DNA from: the human T2T-CHM13v2.0 reference genome, Homo sapiens
Assembly (NCBI RefSeq): GCF_009914755.1
Contig: NC_060926.1
DNA length: 64,000 nt
Direction: 5' to 3' (one strand)
Part shown: piece after piece, positions 12,612 through 27,738 of the stretch
How positions within the stretch are numbered: position 1 is the stretch's first letter
Layout of the letters: each line of letters begins with the position of its first letter
Program-made: the position numbers and the translations under genes
Notes under the pieces: generated by a model
The model's database searches: none
Told to the model about the DNA's origin: nothing
What the model saw: only the letters and a program-made list of their open reading frames with translations

Positions 12612-13895
12612 TTAGGCCCACTCCCAACCTTTGCAAGAGTCAGGACAAAAGTACAAAACCCAGGCCCAATTGCCATACATCTCAATCTTTATTAAACCAA
12701 GCAAACTATTAAATAGCATATTTATGTTTTCATACACTGACAAGTATGCCTTTATGATGACAGAATTAAAAATTATATGTAAAGTTCTTGCTTGAATATG
12801 ACTAAAAGCAGGCAAAATATCAAGATGACTGAATTTGTTGTTGCATATATCTAGATGCTCTATTGATAGGCCTGCAATGTTTGGATGACTAATAAGATAG
12901 CAGAACATATAATTGATAAATTATTACATATTCATTCTATAACATTCATTTTCTTGTCTTCCTTAAACCAAATTCACTGGTTGTGTTGTTGAAACAAATT
13001 TTTTATGTAATTTTGGTTCTATTGACAATTATGAGCTAATTTAATGTATTTGCATTAAAACAAAGTAAAATAACATAAAACGTTAAACATTGAAAAATTA
13101 AAATTATTTTTCTTATATGTTCTTCAGAGTATTTTTTCTTCTGAAATATTCAAATTACCATTAAAATTAAAGAGTAAATATTATTAAATTGTATTATTAA
13201 ATGATTAAATATCAAATATTTAAACAAAAATATTTAAATAAAACTGAAATGTTTTTATTTTAACTTAATTAAATTATATTACATAATTTATAAAATTTAA
13301 AAACTATTTTAATATTCAATACTCCTAGTTACCAACATAAAAAATCTATATCTACTTCCTCTGTATCTGGATCTACCTATATGCAAAATAAGAATAATAT
13401 GAACTGTTTGACATTGCAAAATCTTCCTCAGTCACCATTTGCAACTTTTGCAAATACAGTGCCAATTCACGAGTACTTCTAAACCATAAATTGGAACATC
13501 ATGAGAAACAAACAAAAATAGATGCTGTGCACTACTGGGAAATGATACTTCATTATGTAAGAATCTATTGCATTCACAGAATCTGAGAGGAAAAATTTGA
13601 CAAGTGAATTAATTTGACTTTTTTCTTACCTAAGAACTTCCATGGCTCAAATTCTTTCCACATTTCCTAGCTTTTTCCATCTTCAATATAAAGAGCAACA
13701 CAACCTACCAACTTTCACAATATGAATTAAAACCTTTTATTTCAGGAACATAGGGCAAGATTTTGGAAGGATCATTTCCTGGGTACTAATTGGTGTTGGT
13801 TAATTAGACCTGATATTTATGATTATAGGTGGTGCTGTACTAATGTTGAGTGCAGGATAAGACCACAAATGACAGAGGGGCTTGGTTGTTTTTTT

Positions 13896-13956
<61 letters not shown>

Positions 13957-14005
13957 ATACAAAGGTCCTCTCAAATATGAGGCCAGGGCAGGGGCCCTTG
14001 TTGTT
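12612..14005 (-). mobile_element. Probable ancient hAT (Tip100-like) DNA transposon relic
   Basis: Minus-strand peptide NIAGLSIEH...DILPAFSHIQAR (12786-12881) resembles the hAT transposase C-terminal dimerisation motif; GC-rich GGCCC-type ends flank a very AT-rich interior; it interrupts an L2. Confidence 0.45.
13889..13953. repeat. Poly(T) of about 29 nt followed by (TG)n
   Basis: Directly visible. Confidence 0.97.
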
Positions 14006-14559
14006 TGTATTTAAGGGGAAGAAAGCCAGAGAATGAATGTGAAATCCTGCCTTAGAAAGCTGTACCTAAGACTGAAGTGTGAAGAATAACTAGGAGTTAA
14101 CCATGCAAAGATGTGATGGGAGGGAGGTGAATAGGAATGACTCAGAGGGAACAGCATATTCTCTGTGGCAGGAAAGCTCACCGTTTGCTCAAAGAATTCA
14201 AAAAAGACCAGGGACTGGGAGCAAGGGGAAAGAGGAGCTTAGCAAGAGATAGGCAGGGCCAGTCTTAAATGTCCAGAGGCAGCTAATGCTACAAAGGTAC
14301 TAGTAGCTATATCAGATTTTCCAATTATCTCTGAGTCTAGCATTTATAAAGCAAGACTAAACAAATCTCTGGGTTTTTTAGACATTTAAAAAATGGAGGA
14401 AAAGTTCTCAAAATATAGATAATAGATTTCTCTCTAGTAAAGTGACAGGGCTTAGAGTGATTAATTTGAAGAATTTAAAGGCCATAATTGTGTTCTCAGC
14501 TAGTGAAGTGGTTCATGATGAGTTCAGATATTTATGCTAAGATTTCTCACAAATCCCAA

Positions 14560-14790
14560 AAGATTATTACATAAAAATGTTCAACACAGTGCTGTTTATA
14601 ATGTTGATAAGCCTAGAAATAACCTAAATATCAACAGAACTTTGAATGTTGGATAGTTTTAAAACGTAATGCTATGTGATCATTAAAATAAGTGATTTTC
14701 TTTAAATTTACTAACATGTAAAGATCTCTGTGATATCTTGATCAGTATAGATAAATAAATGTATGTACAATAACTTCCATTTATATTACA
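14560..14790 (+). mobile_element. L1ME-type 3' fragment
   Basis: AAAATGTTCAACACAGTGCTGTTTATAAT..CTAGAAATAACCTAAATATC. Confidence 0.55.
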
Positions 14791-14899
14791 TTTTGTGTGT
14801 GTAGTGTGTGCATGCATGTGCAGACAGAGAGAGATATTTGGAGAGATGTTGTCTCCTATGGTGAATATGATTTTTGTTCTATTACATTATATAATTAGT

Positions 14900-15805
14900 T
14901 ACTATTGATTTACTGATATAGGGGAACACTTGATTTTTGCAGATTGTGGTTGTATGAGAAAACTTACTGAGCTCACTTGTATTGATGTGACCAGACCGCA
15001 AGTCTATTGTAATGCAATAGACTCAAAGGTAGTGAACATTCTTGTCTCACTTCAGCGAGAATACTTTTGAGAAATATACTTGTTATAGATTTTTGATAAC
15101 CTTCTTAGGTGAAGGAACTCCTTTCTATACTTAGTTAGCTAATTTTTTAAATCATGAAGATAATTTTTATTAAAAGCTTTTTTAAATTAATTGAAAAAAT
15201 TATATGAATGATTTCTCCTTCAATGTGTAAGTGATTATATTACATTAGTAGACTTTTCAGAGGTAAAACTTCTTGTAATCCCCTAGATAAGCCCTATTCA
15301 CTTGCGATATGTATTCTTTTACATATTGGATTTGACATGGAAATAAAATTGGCTTAAAATTTTCTTTACTTGAACTGCCTTGGTCTAGGTTTGGTATTAA
15401 GATTATACAAGGCTTGCAAATGAATCTGAGAGTTTTTCGTCTGTTTATTTACTGAAATAGTTTATATAAGTTGAAGATTAATGACTTGAATGTTTGGTAA
15501 AACTAGTGTATGAAGCCTCTTCCTGGGTTAGGTTTCTTGGTAGAGGACAGGAAGTCTTGATTTCTTATTCATTCTTTAATGATTATTTTATACAGTTCTT
15601 TATTTCTTCCTAAATCAATTTTAGAAGTATGTATTTCTAAATTTGGATAAGGTTACTGTTTTCATCTAAACTTTCAAATGTATTGAATTACAGTAACAGG
15701 AGTAATATCCTCTTTTAATCTTTGATGTATCTGTCCGTATGTCCCCTTTATTATTCCTGATTTTATTTATTTGTGTTCTTTCTCTTTTTATTGTCCAATC
15801 TTATT
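14900..15805 (-). mobile_element. Old L1M ORF2 fragment, antisense
   Basis: TTGATTTTTG, GAACATTCTTGTCT, GTGAAGGAACTCCTTTCTATACTTAGT, GTCTAGGTTTGGTATTAAG and TTGAATGTTTGGTAAAA are antisense ORF2 motifs. Confidence 0.7.
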
Positions 15806-16160
15806 TTGATTTTTATTATGAAAAATTATAGATTTTTTTTAAAATAGAGAAAATGGTATAATGACTCCCATGAACCACCACCATCTCCAATAATTAACAA
15901 TTAATTCCTGATTATATTCTATGTATACCTCATACTACCTTCTACCCATAAACTAATAATTGCACCATTTCATCTATGTATATATAGTTCAGTATGTATG
16001 TTTAAAAGCTAAGGAATAATATTAAAAATGTAACAATATCATTATCACACCTAAACAAATTAAATATAATTATATTTAAATATAAAGTCAGATCTCAAAT
16101 TTTCTTGTTTCATAAAAACATTTTTGCAATTCTTAGTTCAAATCAGGATCCAAACAAAGT
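15806..16160 (-). mobile_element. L1MC-type 3' end, antisense
   Basis: TTTATTATGAAAAATT..AAAATAGAGAAAATGGTATAATGA..CATTATCACACCTAA..CAAATCAGGATCCAAACAAAGTC. Confidence 0.6.
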
Positions 16161-16534
16161 CAATAGAAAAATGGACAAAGGCTATAAATAGGCACTTTAT
16201 AGTAGGAGAATCCTTAAGCCCAGCAACCAATGGAAAAATTTTCAACATTAAAAGTAATCAGGGAAATACAAATTAAAGTCACAATAAATTATTTTATAAT
16301 TTTATAAGTAACAGGAATTCTCATAACTGCTGGGGGGAATTTAAATTGGCAGAACCACTTTGGAGAGTAATTGGCACTATCTAGGAAAGTTAGCATCTAC
16401 TAAACTTGAAGATGTGATCCCACTTCTAGGAATAAATTCTGGAGAAAATTTAGCATGATATAATAAGGTGACATATACAAAATATTCATTGTTGCATTTC
16501 AGTTTGTACAAGTAAGGTTTGTAAAAAAATTGTC
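16161..16534 (+). mobile_element. L1ME 3' region, part 1 (continues 26122-26170 and 26590-26990)
   Basis: CAATAGAAAAATGGACAAAGG, AGTAATCAGGGAAATACAAATTAAA, AACCACTTTGGAGAG, CCCACTTCTAGGAATA; homology resumes in register after the L1MA2. Confidence 0.75.
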
Positions 16535-19500
16535 AGTTGGGAGCAAGATGGCTGAATAGAAGCCTCCACCAACTGTCCCTGCCCCTGCAGAAACACGAAA
16601 TTTTAACAACTACACACACAAAAGCATCATCATAAGAACCAAAAATCAAGTACACACTCACAGTATCTGGTCTTTAACTTTATATTGCTGAAAGAGGCAC
16701 TGAAGAGGGTAGAAAAGACAGTCTTGAAACACTGACACCACTGCTTCCCTGTCCCCTAGCAGTGGCCGCATGGCACAGAGAGAGAATCTGTGGGCTTAGA
16801 GAAATAGCACAGTGACTGAGACTTGGCATTGAACTCTGTGCTGCCCTGTCATAGCAAAGAGCAAATTCATGCTGGGTTCAGCTGGTGCCTACCCACAGAG
16901 GGAACAATTTGGACCAGCCCTAGCCAGAGAGGAATCATCTATCCCAGTGGTCAGAACTTGAGTTTTAGTAAGCCTTGCCACTGCAGGCTAAAGTGGTTTT
17001 AGGTCCTGGGTAAACTTGAAAGGCAGTCTAGGACACAAGGACTGCATTTCTTAGGTAAGTCTTAGTGCTAGGCTGGTCTTGGAGCGCATGGACTAGGGTG
17101 ACACATGACCTAGTGAGACTCCAGCTGAGAGAGCTAAGGCAATGTTTGCACCAACCCTTTCTCAATCCCAGGCAGTGCAGCTCAAAGCAACAAAAGTGAC
17201 TCCTTCCTTCTCCCTGAGGTGAGGAGAGCAAAGAGTAAAGGGGACTTTGTCTCACATCTTGGATACCAGCTCACCCATAATATGATAGGGCACTGAGCAG
17301 AGTCATGAGTACCCCATTCCAGGCCCTAGTCTCCTGGATATTTCTAGACACACCCTGGGCTAGAAGGGGACAGCTGCCTTGAAGGAAAGGCCCCAGTCCT
17401 GGCAGGATTCATCACTTGCTGACTAAAAAGCACTTAGGTCCTGAATAACCAACAGTAATACTCAGGTAGTAAGCCATGGACCTTGGGTGAAATTCTGAGA
17501 TGTGCTGGCTTCAGATGAGACTCCAGCATATTCCCACCTGTGGTGGCTGCAGTAAAAGACTCTGTCTACTTCAGAAAAGCAGAGGGAAGGGTAAAGGGAA
17601 CTTTGTTTTGCATCTTAGGTACCAGCTCAGCCACAGAGAGGTAAAGCACCAAGTGGGCTCTTGGGGTCCCCGAGTTCAGGCCTAGGCTCTTGGACAGCAT
17701 TTCTGGACCTGCCCTGGGCCAGAGGGGAACCCACTGCTGTGAAGGGTGAGTCCTATGCCTGGAAGTAGTCACCATAAGCTGACTTAAGAGCCCTTGGGCC
17801 TTAAGTGAATATCAGTGGTGCCTGGCAGAACTCCCAATGGGCTCTTGGTGGTGGTGGTGGTGGTGGCCACTGAGAGACGCCTGTGGAAAGGAAAAGGAAG
17901 AGTAGGAAGAACTTCATCTTGTAATTGGAGGGCCACCTTAGCTGCAGTAGAATAGAATACCAAGTAGATTTCTAAGGTTTTTTACTCCAATCCCTGGCTC
18001 CCAGACAGCATCTCTGGACCCATCTGGGGCCTGGGGGATCCCACTGCCCTGAAGGGATGGGCACAAACCTCACTTGCTTCTTTATCTGCTGATTATAGAG
18101 CCCTAGGGCCTTGAGTTAACATAGGCAATAGCCAGGTAGTGGTTACAGAGGGCCTTGGGTGAGACCTAGAACTGTGCTGGCTTCAGGTCTGATCCAGGAA
18201 AGTCCTCATGATGGTGGCACAGGGGTTCTTATGTCACCAACTCCCAACTCCCAGCTCCAAGCAGCTTAGCACAGAGAGACAGAATCCATTACCTAGGGAG
18301 AAAGTAAGGGAATAGAACAAGAGTCTTTGCCTGGTAATCTAGAGAATTCTTCTAGATCATATCCAAGACCACCAAGGTGGCACCTCTATGAGTCTGCAAG
18401 AACCATAGAGTTGTTGGGCTTGGAGCATAAGTTCTTTGAATATCTGGAAATTCGTCCCAAGAAAGAGAGGCAAAAACAAGCCCAGACTGCAAAAACTACA
18501 ATAAATACTCTTCAATGCCCAGACATCAACAAATATCCATAAGCATCGAGACCATTCAGGAAGTGGAGGGTCCCTGGTGTCTTATTTAGTTCATTAGATG
18601 AGCATCATGACCTCACCAAATGGCTAAAGAAGATACCAGGGACCAATCCTGGAGAAACAGAGACATGTGACATTTCAGAAGGATAATGCAAAATAGCTGT
18701 TTTGAGGAAACTCAAAGAAATTCAAAATATCACAGAGAAGGAATTCAGAATTCTGTCAGATAAATTTAACAAAGATAATGAAATAAAAAGAATTAGAAAC
18801 TCTAGAGCTGAAAAATTCAATTGACATACTGAAGAATGCATCAGAGCCTCTTAATAGCAGAATTGATCAAGCAGAAAAAAGAATTAGTGAGCTTGAAGAC
18901 AAGCTATTTGAAAATACACAGTCAGAGAAGACAAAAGGAAAAACAATTTTAAAATATGAAGCATGCCACGAATACCTAGAAAATAGCCTCAAAGGGGCAA
19001 ATCTAAGAGTTATTGGCCTTAAAGGGGAGACAGAGGAAGAGATAGGGGTAGAAAATTTATTTGAAGAGCTAACAACAGTGGACTTTTCAAACCTAGAGAA
19101 GGACCTCAACATCCAAGTACAAGAAGGTTATAGAACACCAAGCAGATTTAACCCAAAGAAGACTACCTCAAAGCAATTTAATAATCAAACTCCCAATGCC
19201 AAAGATAAAGGAAGGATCTTAAAAGCCACAAGAGAAAATAAACAAATAACATACAATGGAGTTCCAACATGTCTGGCCCAGACTTTTCAGTAAAAACCTT
19301 ACAGGCCAGGAGAGCATGGCATGACATATTTAAAGTGCTGAAGGAAAAAAAGTTTTAGCCTAGAATAGTATATCTGGCAAAAATACACTTCAAGCATGAA
19401 GGAGAAATAAAGACTTTCCCAGATAAACAAAAGCTGAGAGATTTCATGAATACTAAACTTGTCTTTCAAGAAGAGAGTTCTTCAATCTGAAAGAAAAGAA

Positions 19501-19660
19501 TGTTAAAGAGCAATAAGAAATCATCCGAAAGTACAAAACTCACTGGTAATAGTGAAAAAAAATAACTATGACTACTTTTTAAGACATAGTACAATAAGAC
19601 ATAAAGACAAACAATAGAAAGTTAAAAAATTGGAGGACAAAGTAAAAGTGTATAGTTTAG

Positions 19661-20020
<360 letters not shown>

Positions 20021-21768
20021 TAAGCTGTCATCACTTGAAAATAATGAGTTATGAGATAGTATTTGCAAGCCTCATGTTAACCTCAAATCAAAAACATACA
20101 ACAAACAAAAAATAAGAAGCAAGGAATTGAAGGATACCACAAGAGAAAATCAACTTCACTAAAAACAAGAAAGAAAAAAGGAAGAGAAGACTACAAAACA
20201 ACAAGGAAACAAGTAACAAAATGGCAAGAGCAAGTTCTTAGTTATCAATAATAACGCTGAATGTAAATGAACTATGCTGTCCAATAGAAAGACATAGAGT
20301 GGCTAAACAAATTTGAAAAAAAAAATTGATTTATTTCCTACAAGAAACTATGAAGATGAACATAGACTGAATATAAAGGGGTGGAAAAATATATTTCATG
20401 CCAAAGGAAACCAAAAAAAAAAAAAAGCAAGAGTAGCTATACTTACATTAGACAAAATAGATTTCAAGACAAAGACTATAAAAAGAGACAAAGAAGGACA
20501 TTATATGATCATAAAGGGGTCAATTCAGCAAGAGGATAGAACAATTGTAAATATATATGCACCCAACACTGCACTATCCACATATATAAAGCAAATATTA
20601 TTAGAGCTGAAGAGAGAGATAGGCCTCAATACAATAATGACTGGAGACTTCAACACCCTACTTTCAACATAGGGCAGATCTTCCAGACACAAAACCAACA
20701 AAGACACATTGGACTTAATCTGCACCATAGACCCAATGGACCTAATAGTTATTTACAGAATATTTCATCCAAAAGTTGCAAATATACATTCTTTACCTCA
20801 GCACATGGATCATTCTCAAGGTTAGACTGTATATTAGGTAACAAAACAAGTCTTAAAACCTTCAAAAAATTGAAATAATATCAAGCATCTTTTCTGACCA
20901 CAGTATAATAAAACTAGAAACAAATAACAAGAGGAATTTAAGAAACTATACAAACACATGGAAATTAAACAACATGCTCCTGAATTACCAGCGGGTTAAT
21001 GAATAGATTAAAAAGGAAATTAAAAAATGTTTTGAAACATGATAATGAAAACACAACATACCAAAACCTACGGGATACAATGAAAGCAGTACTGAGAGGG
21101 GAATTTATAGCTATAAGTGCCTACATCAGAAAAGAAGAAACACTTGAAATAAATAACCTAATGATGCATCTCAAAAAACTAGAAAAGCAAAAGCAAACCA
21201 AGCCCCAAATTAATAGAAGTAAATAGATAATAAAAGTCAGAGCAGAAGTAAATGAAACAAGGAATACAACAAAAAACATCAATGAAACAAAAAGTTGCTT
21301 CTTTGAAAAGTTAAACAGAAGCAACAAACCTTTAGGTAGACTAAGAAAAAAGAGAGAGAAGATCCAAATAATAAAATCAGAGATAAAAAAGGAGACATTA
21401 TAAATAAAACCACAGACATTCAAAGAATCATTAGTGGCTACTATCAGCAACTATATTTCAATAAAATGGAAAATCTAGAAGAAGTGGATAAATTCCTAGA
21501 CACATACAATCTACTAAGATTCAATCAGAAAGAAATCCAAAACCCGAACAGACCAATAACAGGTAACAAGATAGAAGCTGTAATAAAACATCTCCTAGTA
21601 AAGAAAAGCCTGGGACCCAATGACTTCATTGCTGAATTCTACCAAACATTTAAAGAAGAACTAATACCAATTCTACTCAAACTGTTCCAAAAAATAGAGG
21701 AGGAAGAAATACTTCCAAATTCATTCTATTGGGCCAGTATTATTCTGATAGAAAAGTCTGACAAAGAC

Positions 21769-23497
<1,729 letters not shown>

Positions 23498-26170
23498 GAG
23501 AAGTCAGTCAAAGACATAGAAAAAAAAAAGAAACATGTGAGCCAATATCACTCATGAACATTGATGATGCAAAAAATTCTCAACAAAATACCAGCAAACC
23601 AAATTCAACAGTACATTAGAAAGATCATTCATAGTGACCAAGTGGGATTTATCCCAGGTATGGAGGGATGATTCAATATATACAAATTAATCAACATGAT
23701 ATATCAGCAGAGTAAAGTACAAAAACCATATGATCATTTCAACTGATGCTGAAAAACATTTGAGTAAATTCAACATCCTTTTATAACTAAGAAAAACCCT
23801 CAAAAAACTGGGCATAAAGGGAATATGCCCCAGCATCATAGGAGCCATATGTGAGAGACCCACAGCTAGTATACTGAATGTGGAAAAACTGAAACCCTTT
23901 CCTCTAAGATCTGGAACACAAAAAGGTTGCACATTTTTACCACTGTTATTCAGCATAGTACTGGAAGTCCTAGCTAGAGAAATCAGACAAGAGAAATATA
24001 TAAAGGGCATCCAAATTGGAAAGGAAGAAGTCAAATTATCTTTGCAGATGATATGATCTTATATTTGTAAAAACCTAGATTCCACAAAAAACTATTAGAA
24101 CTGATAAATAAATTTAGTAAAGTTGCACAATACAAAAACAACATGTAAAAATTAGTAGCATTTTTATATGCCAACAATGAAAAAAAAAAAAAGGAGGAAC
24201 TTTGTTTACAGTAGCCTCAAATATATTAATTACCTAGGAATTAACCAAAGAAATGCAAGATCTCTATAATGAAAACTATAAAGCACTGATAAAAGTAATC
24301 AAAGAGAGCACCAAAAATATGAAAAGATATTCCATGTTCATGGATTGGAAGAATCAACATTATCGAAATCTCCACACTAACCAAAGCAATCTACAGATTC
24401 AATGCAATCCCTATCGAAACAACATTCTTCACAGAAATTGAAAAGATAATTATAAAATTTACACGGAACCATAAAAAAACTCACAATTGCTACCCAAAGC
24501 TATCCTGAACAAAAGGAACAAAACTGGAGGAATCATAATACCTGACTTCAAATTATATTATAGAAGTAACATAACCAGAACAGCATGTTACTGGCATAAA
24601 AACAGACACATAGACCAGTGGAAAACAATAAAGAACCCAGAAACAACTCTATACACCTAAAATGAACTCATTTTCAACAAAGGTACTGAGATCATACACT
24701 GGGGGGGAAAATTGTCTCTTCAATAAAGAGTGCTGGAAAAACTAGACATCCATATAGAGAAGAATGAAATTAGACCACTATCTCTCACCATATAAAAAAA
24801 ACAAATCAAAATGGAATAAAGACTTAAGTCTAAGACCTCAAACTATAAAACTACTAAAAGAAAACATTAGAGAAATTCTCCAGTACATTAGTCTGGGCAA
24901 AAACTTCATGAGTAATACCTCAAAAGCACAAGCAACCCATGTAGAAATGGACAAATGAGATCTCATCAAGTTAAAAATCTTCTGCATTGCAAAGGAAACG
25001 ATCAATAAAGTGAAGAGACAACCCACAGAATAGGAGAAACTGTCTGCAAACTATTCATCTGGCAAGTGATGAATAACCAGAATATAGAAGGATCTCAAAC
25101 AATTCTACAGGAAAAAGTCTAATAATCTGATTAAAATGGATGAAAGACCTGAATAGACATTTCTCAAAAGAAGACATACAAATGGCAAACAAGCATAGAA
25201 ACACATGCTTAACATCATTGATCATCAAAGAAATGTAAACCAAAACTAAAATGAGGTATCATCTCACCTCAGTCAAAAATGGCTTTCACCCAAAAGTCAA
25301 GCAATAGCAAATGCTGATGAGCATATGGAGAAAAGGATGCCCTTGTGCACTGTTGGTGAGAATATATAATAGTACAACCACTCTGAAGAACAGTTTGGAG
25401 GTTTCTCAAAAAACTAATAATAGAGCTACCATATGATCCAGCAATCCCACTGCTGGGTATATACCCAAAATAAAGGAAATCAGTATATCAAAAAGATATG
25501 CACACTCTCATGTTGGCTGCAGCACTGTTCAATAGCCAATATTTTCAAGCAACTTAATTGTTCACTGACAGATGAATGGATGAAGAAAATGTGATATATA
25601 TTCACACAGTGGGGTACTATTTAGTCATAAAAAGGAATGACATCCTATCATTTGCAAAAACATGGATGTAACTACTGGTCATTAGGTTAAGTGAAATAAG
25701 CCAGGCACAGAAAGACAAACTTCACATGTTCTCACTTACATGAATTTTTACACTAAAAATTAAAAAGAATGAATTTTTATATAGAGAGAGTAGATGATTG
25801 GTTACCAGAGGCTGCACAGGGTAGTGGAGGGAGTAGGGGGAAGTGAGGATGGTTAATGTTTGTGAATAAATAAGACCTAGTATTTGACAGTGCAACAGGG
25901 TGACTATAATCAATAATACTTTAATTATATATTTTAAAATAACTAAAATAGTATAACTGAATAGTTTGTAACACAAAGAATAAATGCTTGAGGGGATGGA
26001 TACCTCATTTTACATGATGTTATTGTTACACATTGCCTGCCTGTATCAATATATGTCATGTACCCCATAAATATATATGCTTACTATGTATCTACAAAAA
26101 TTAAAAATTAAAAAAATTGTCCACCAAATAGAAAACAGGTAAAAAAAAATGTGATATATTTGTATGATAA

Positions 26171-26588
26171 CGTAGTCATCTTGCAGAAGCAGGATGGACT
26201 TCCCCACCCAAACTTTGGATCAAATTTCTAGACCCATATTGCCACACACACTAAGAGGTTATGAAAGGTTTATTACTCACATAATGAGATTTTCTGGGGA
26301 AAGCAAGGAAGTTTCCCAAGCTGGTTAAAATGTAGCTTAAGAGTCTAGGGAAAGAAGACTGGAGTTTCTATGGTGGTAAACTCCTAGCCACATGAGATAA
26401 CCTTTAACCCACGTGGGGAGTGAGTGTTCCCATGTACACACTAAGGCTAGGATTTTTGTGCCAAAGAAGTAAGCACCTGGCTTTTTTATCAGCTTGCCAA
26501 GATGTGGGGCAGAAGGGTAAGAAAGAGTGGTGGGGCCTGAAAATTGTCAGCAGTGAAACATCAAAAATGAGTCAGACTCTTTACTATA
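26171..26588 (-). mobile_element. ERV1-class solo LTR (MER67/MER90-like)
   Basis: Ends AAACATCAAAAATGAGTCAGACTCTTTAC (reverse complement resembles TGTAATAAAGAGTCTGACTC..TTTTTGATGTTT); minus-strand AATAAA near 26270; interrupts the L1ME. Confidence 0.65.
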
Positions 26589-26589
26589 A

Positions 26590-26990
26590 ATGAAATGTTT
26601 AAAAATTATGGAATGTATACATATATTAACATGAATAAACCTCAAAAACAAAGGTAAGAACTAAAAGTTGTTTGAGGAATAATACACACATCGATAAATT
26701 TAGTGTTTCCAGCAAAATATACATTTCAAACATAAAAAATTATATGATGTATTATTTATAAAGACATACATTTATAGTAAAAATGAAAACATGAGTAGGA
26801 ATGACAAACATAGGAAAAAGAGAAAAGAATGCAATTGGGGTGGCTACAAATGGAGCTTGAAATACATCAGTAATGACTTATTTAAATAATATGACGTTGA
26901 CATGTTGCAATTATTAGAATTTGATAAATCTGGGTAGTGGGTACAGAGGCATTTATTATGTTATTCTTCTCTGGGTGTTTGGAATATTTT
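26590..26990 (+). mobile_element. L1ME 3' end, last part
   Basis: AACATGAATAAACCTCAAAAACA..CTGGGTAGTGGGTACAGAGGCATTTATTATGTTATTCT. Confidence 0.65.
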
Positions 26991-27416
26991 TCTTAAAAAG
27001 GTGAGAAAGAAATACTTTGAAGACTATTACAATCAGAATGGTACAGGGTCAATCTTGTTTCCATGCCCAAGTGGCACTACAAAAGGGAGTCTGATCCATT
27101 TATCATTGCTGCTAAGTGCTTCATGGTCTTGCCACAAAACCTAGCCCTGCTAGTGAACTGCTGTAGTGATATCTTGATAGTGCAGCTACCTGCACAGGCC
27201 TCTCCCATCAGGAACAAACTCTTCTCCTTACACCCATGCTCTGTTTTCTAGATTTGCAAATTTTAGCTTGCTTTTCTTTTCATTTCTATACACAGTCTCT
27301 CTCATGAATACCAGCTGGCTTCAGGAGCATTACATTTTAGGGTATTTTGTAGTCCCCGACTTATGGACTTTAAAACCAGCATCCTTCTTTTATTTTTAAA
27401 AATCAACCTGGGACAA

Positions 27417-27738
27417 TTTTTTTCAGCTGTATTAAGGTTTAACTGACAAATTTTAAAGTTGCATATGTTTATATTATATAACGTAATGTTTCAGTATATG
27501 TATACGTTATTCAATGATTAAATCAATCTAATTAACATATCCATCACCTCTCATACTCATTATTTTTGTATGGTAAGAGCATTTAAGATCTACTTTCTTA
27601 GCAGTTTTTGAGTATATCTTACATTATTATTAACTATAGTAACCATGCTGTGCAACGGATTCCCAGAGCTGATTCCTCCTATCTAACTGAAACTTTGTAC
27701 CATTTGACCAACATCTCTCTATTTCCCTTTTCCCCCTC
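27417..27738 (-). mobile_element. L1MA8/9-like 3' end
   Basis: TAATTAACATATCCATCACCTC, TTAACTATAGTAACCATGCTGT, TCTAACTGAAACTTTGTACC.TTTGACCAACATCTC. Confidence 0.88.

Noticed and set aside
13080-13330. Extremely AT-rich tract as foreign or organellar DNA
   Set aside because: Low complexity with no mitochondrial gene similarity that I can recognise; fits the interior of an old DNA transposon.
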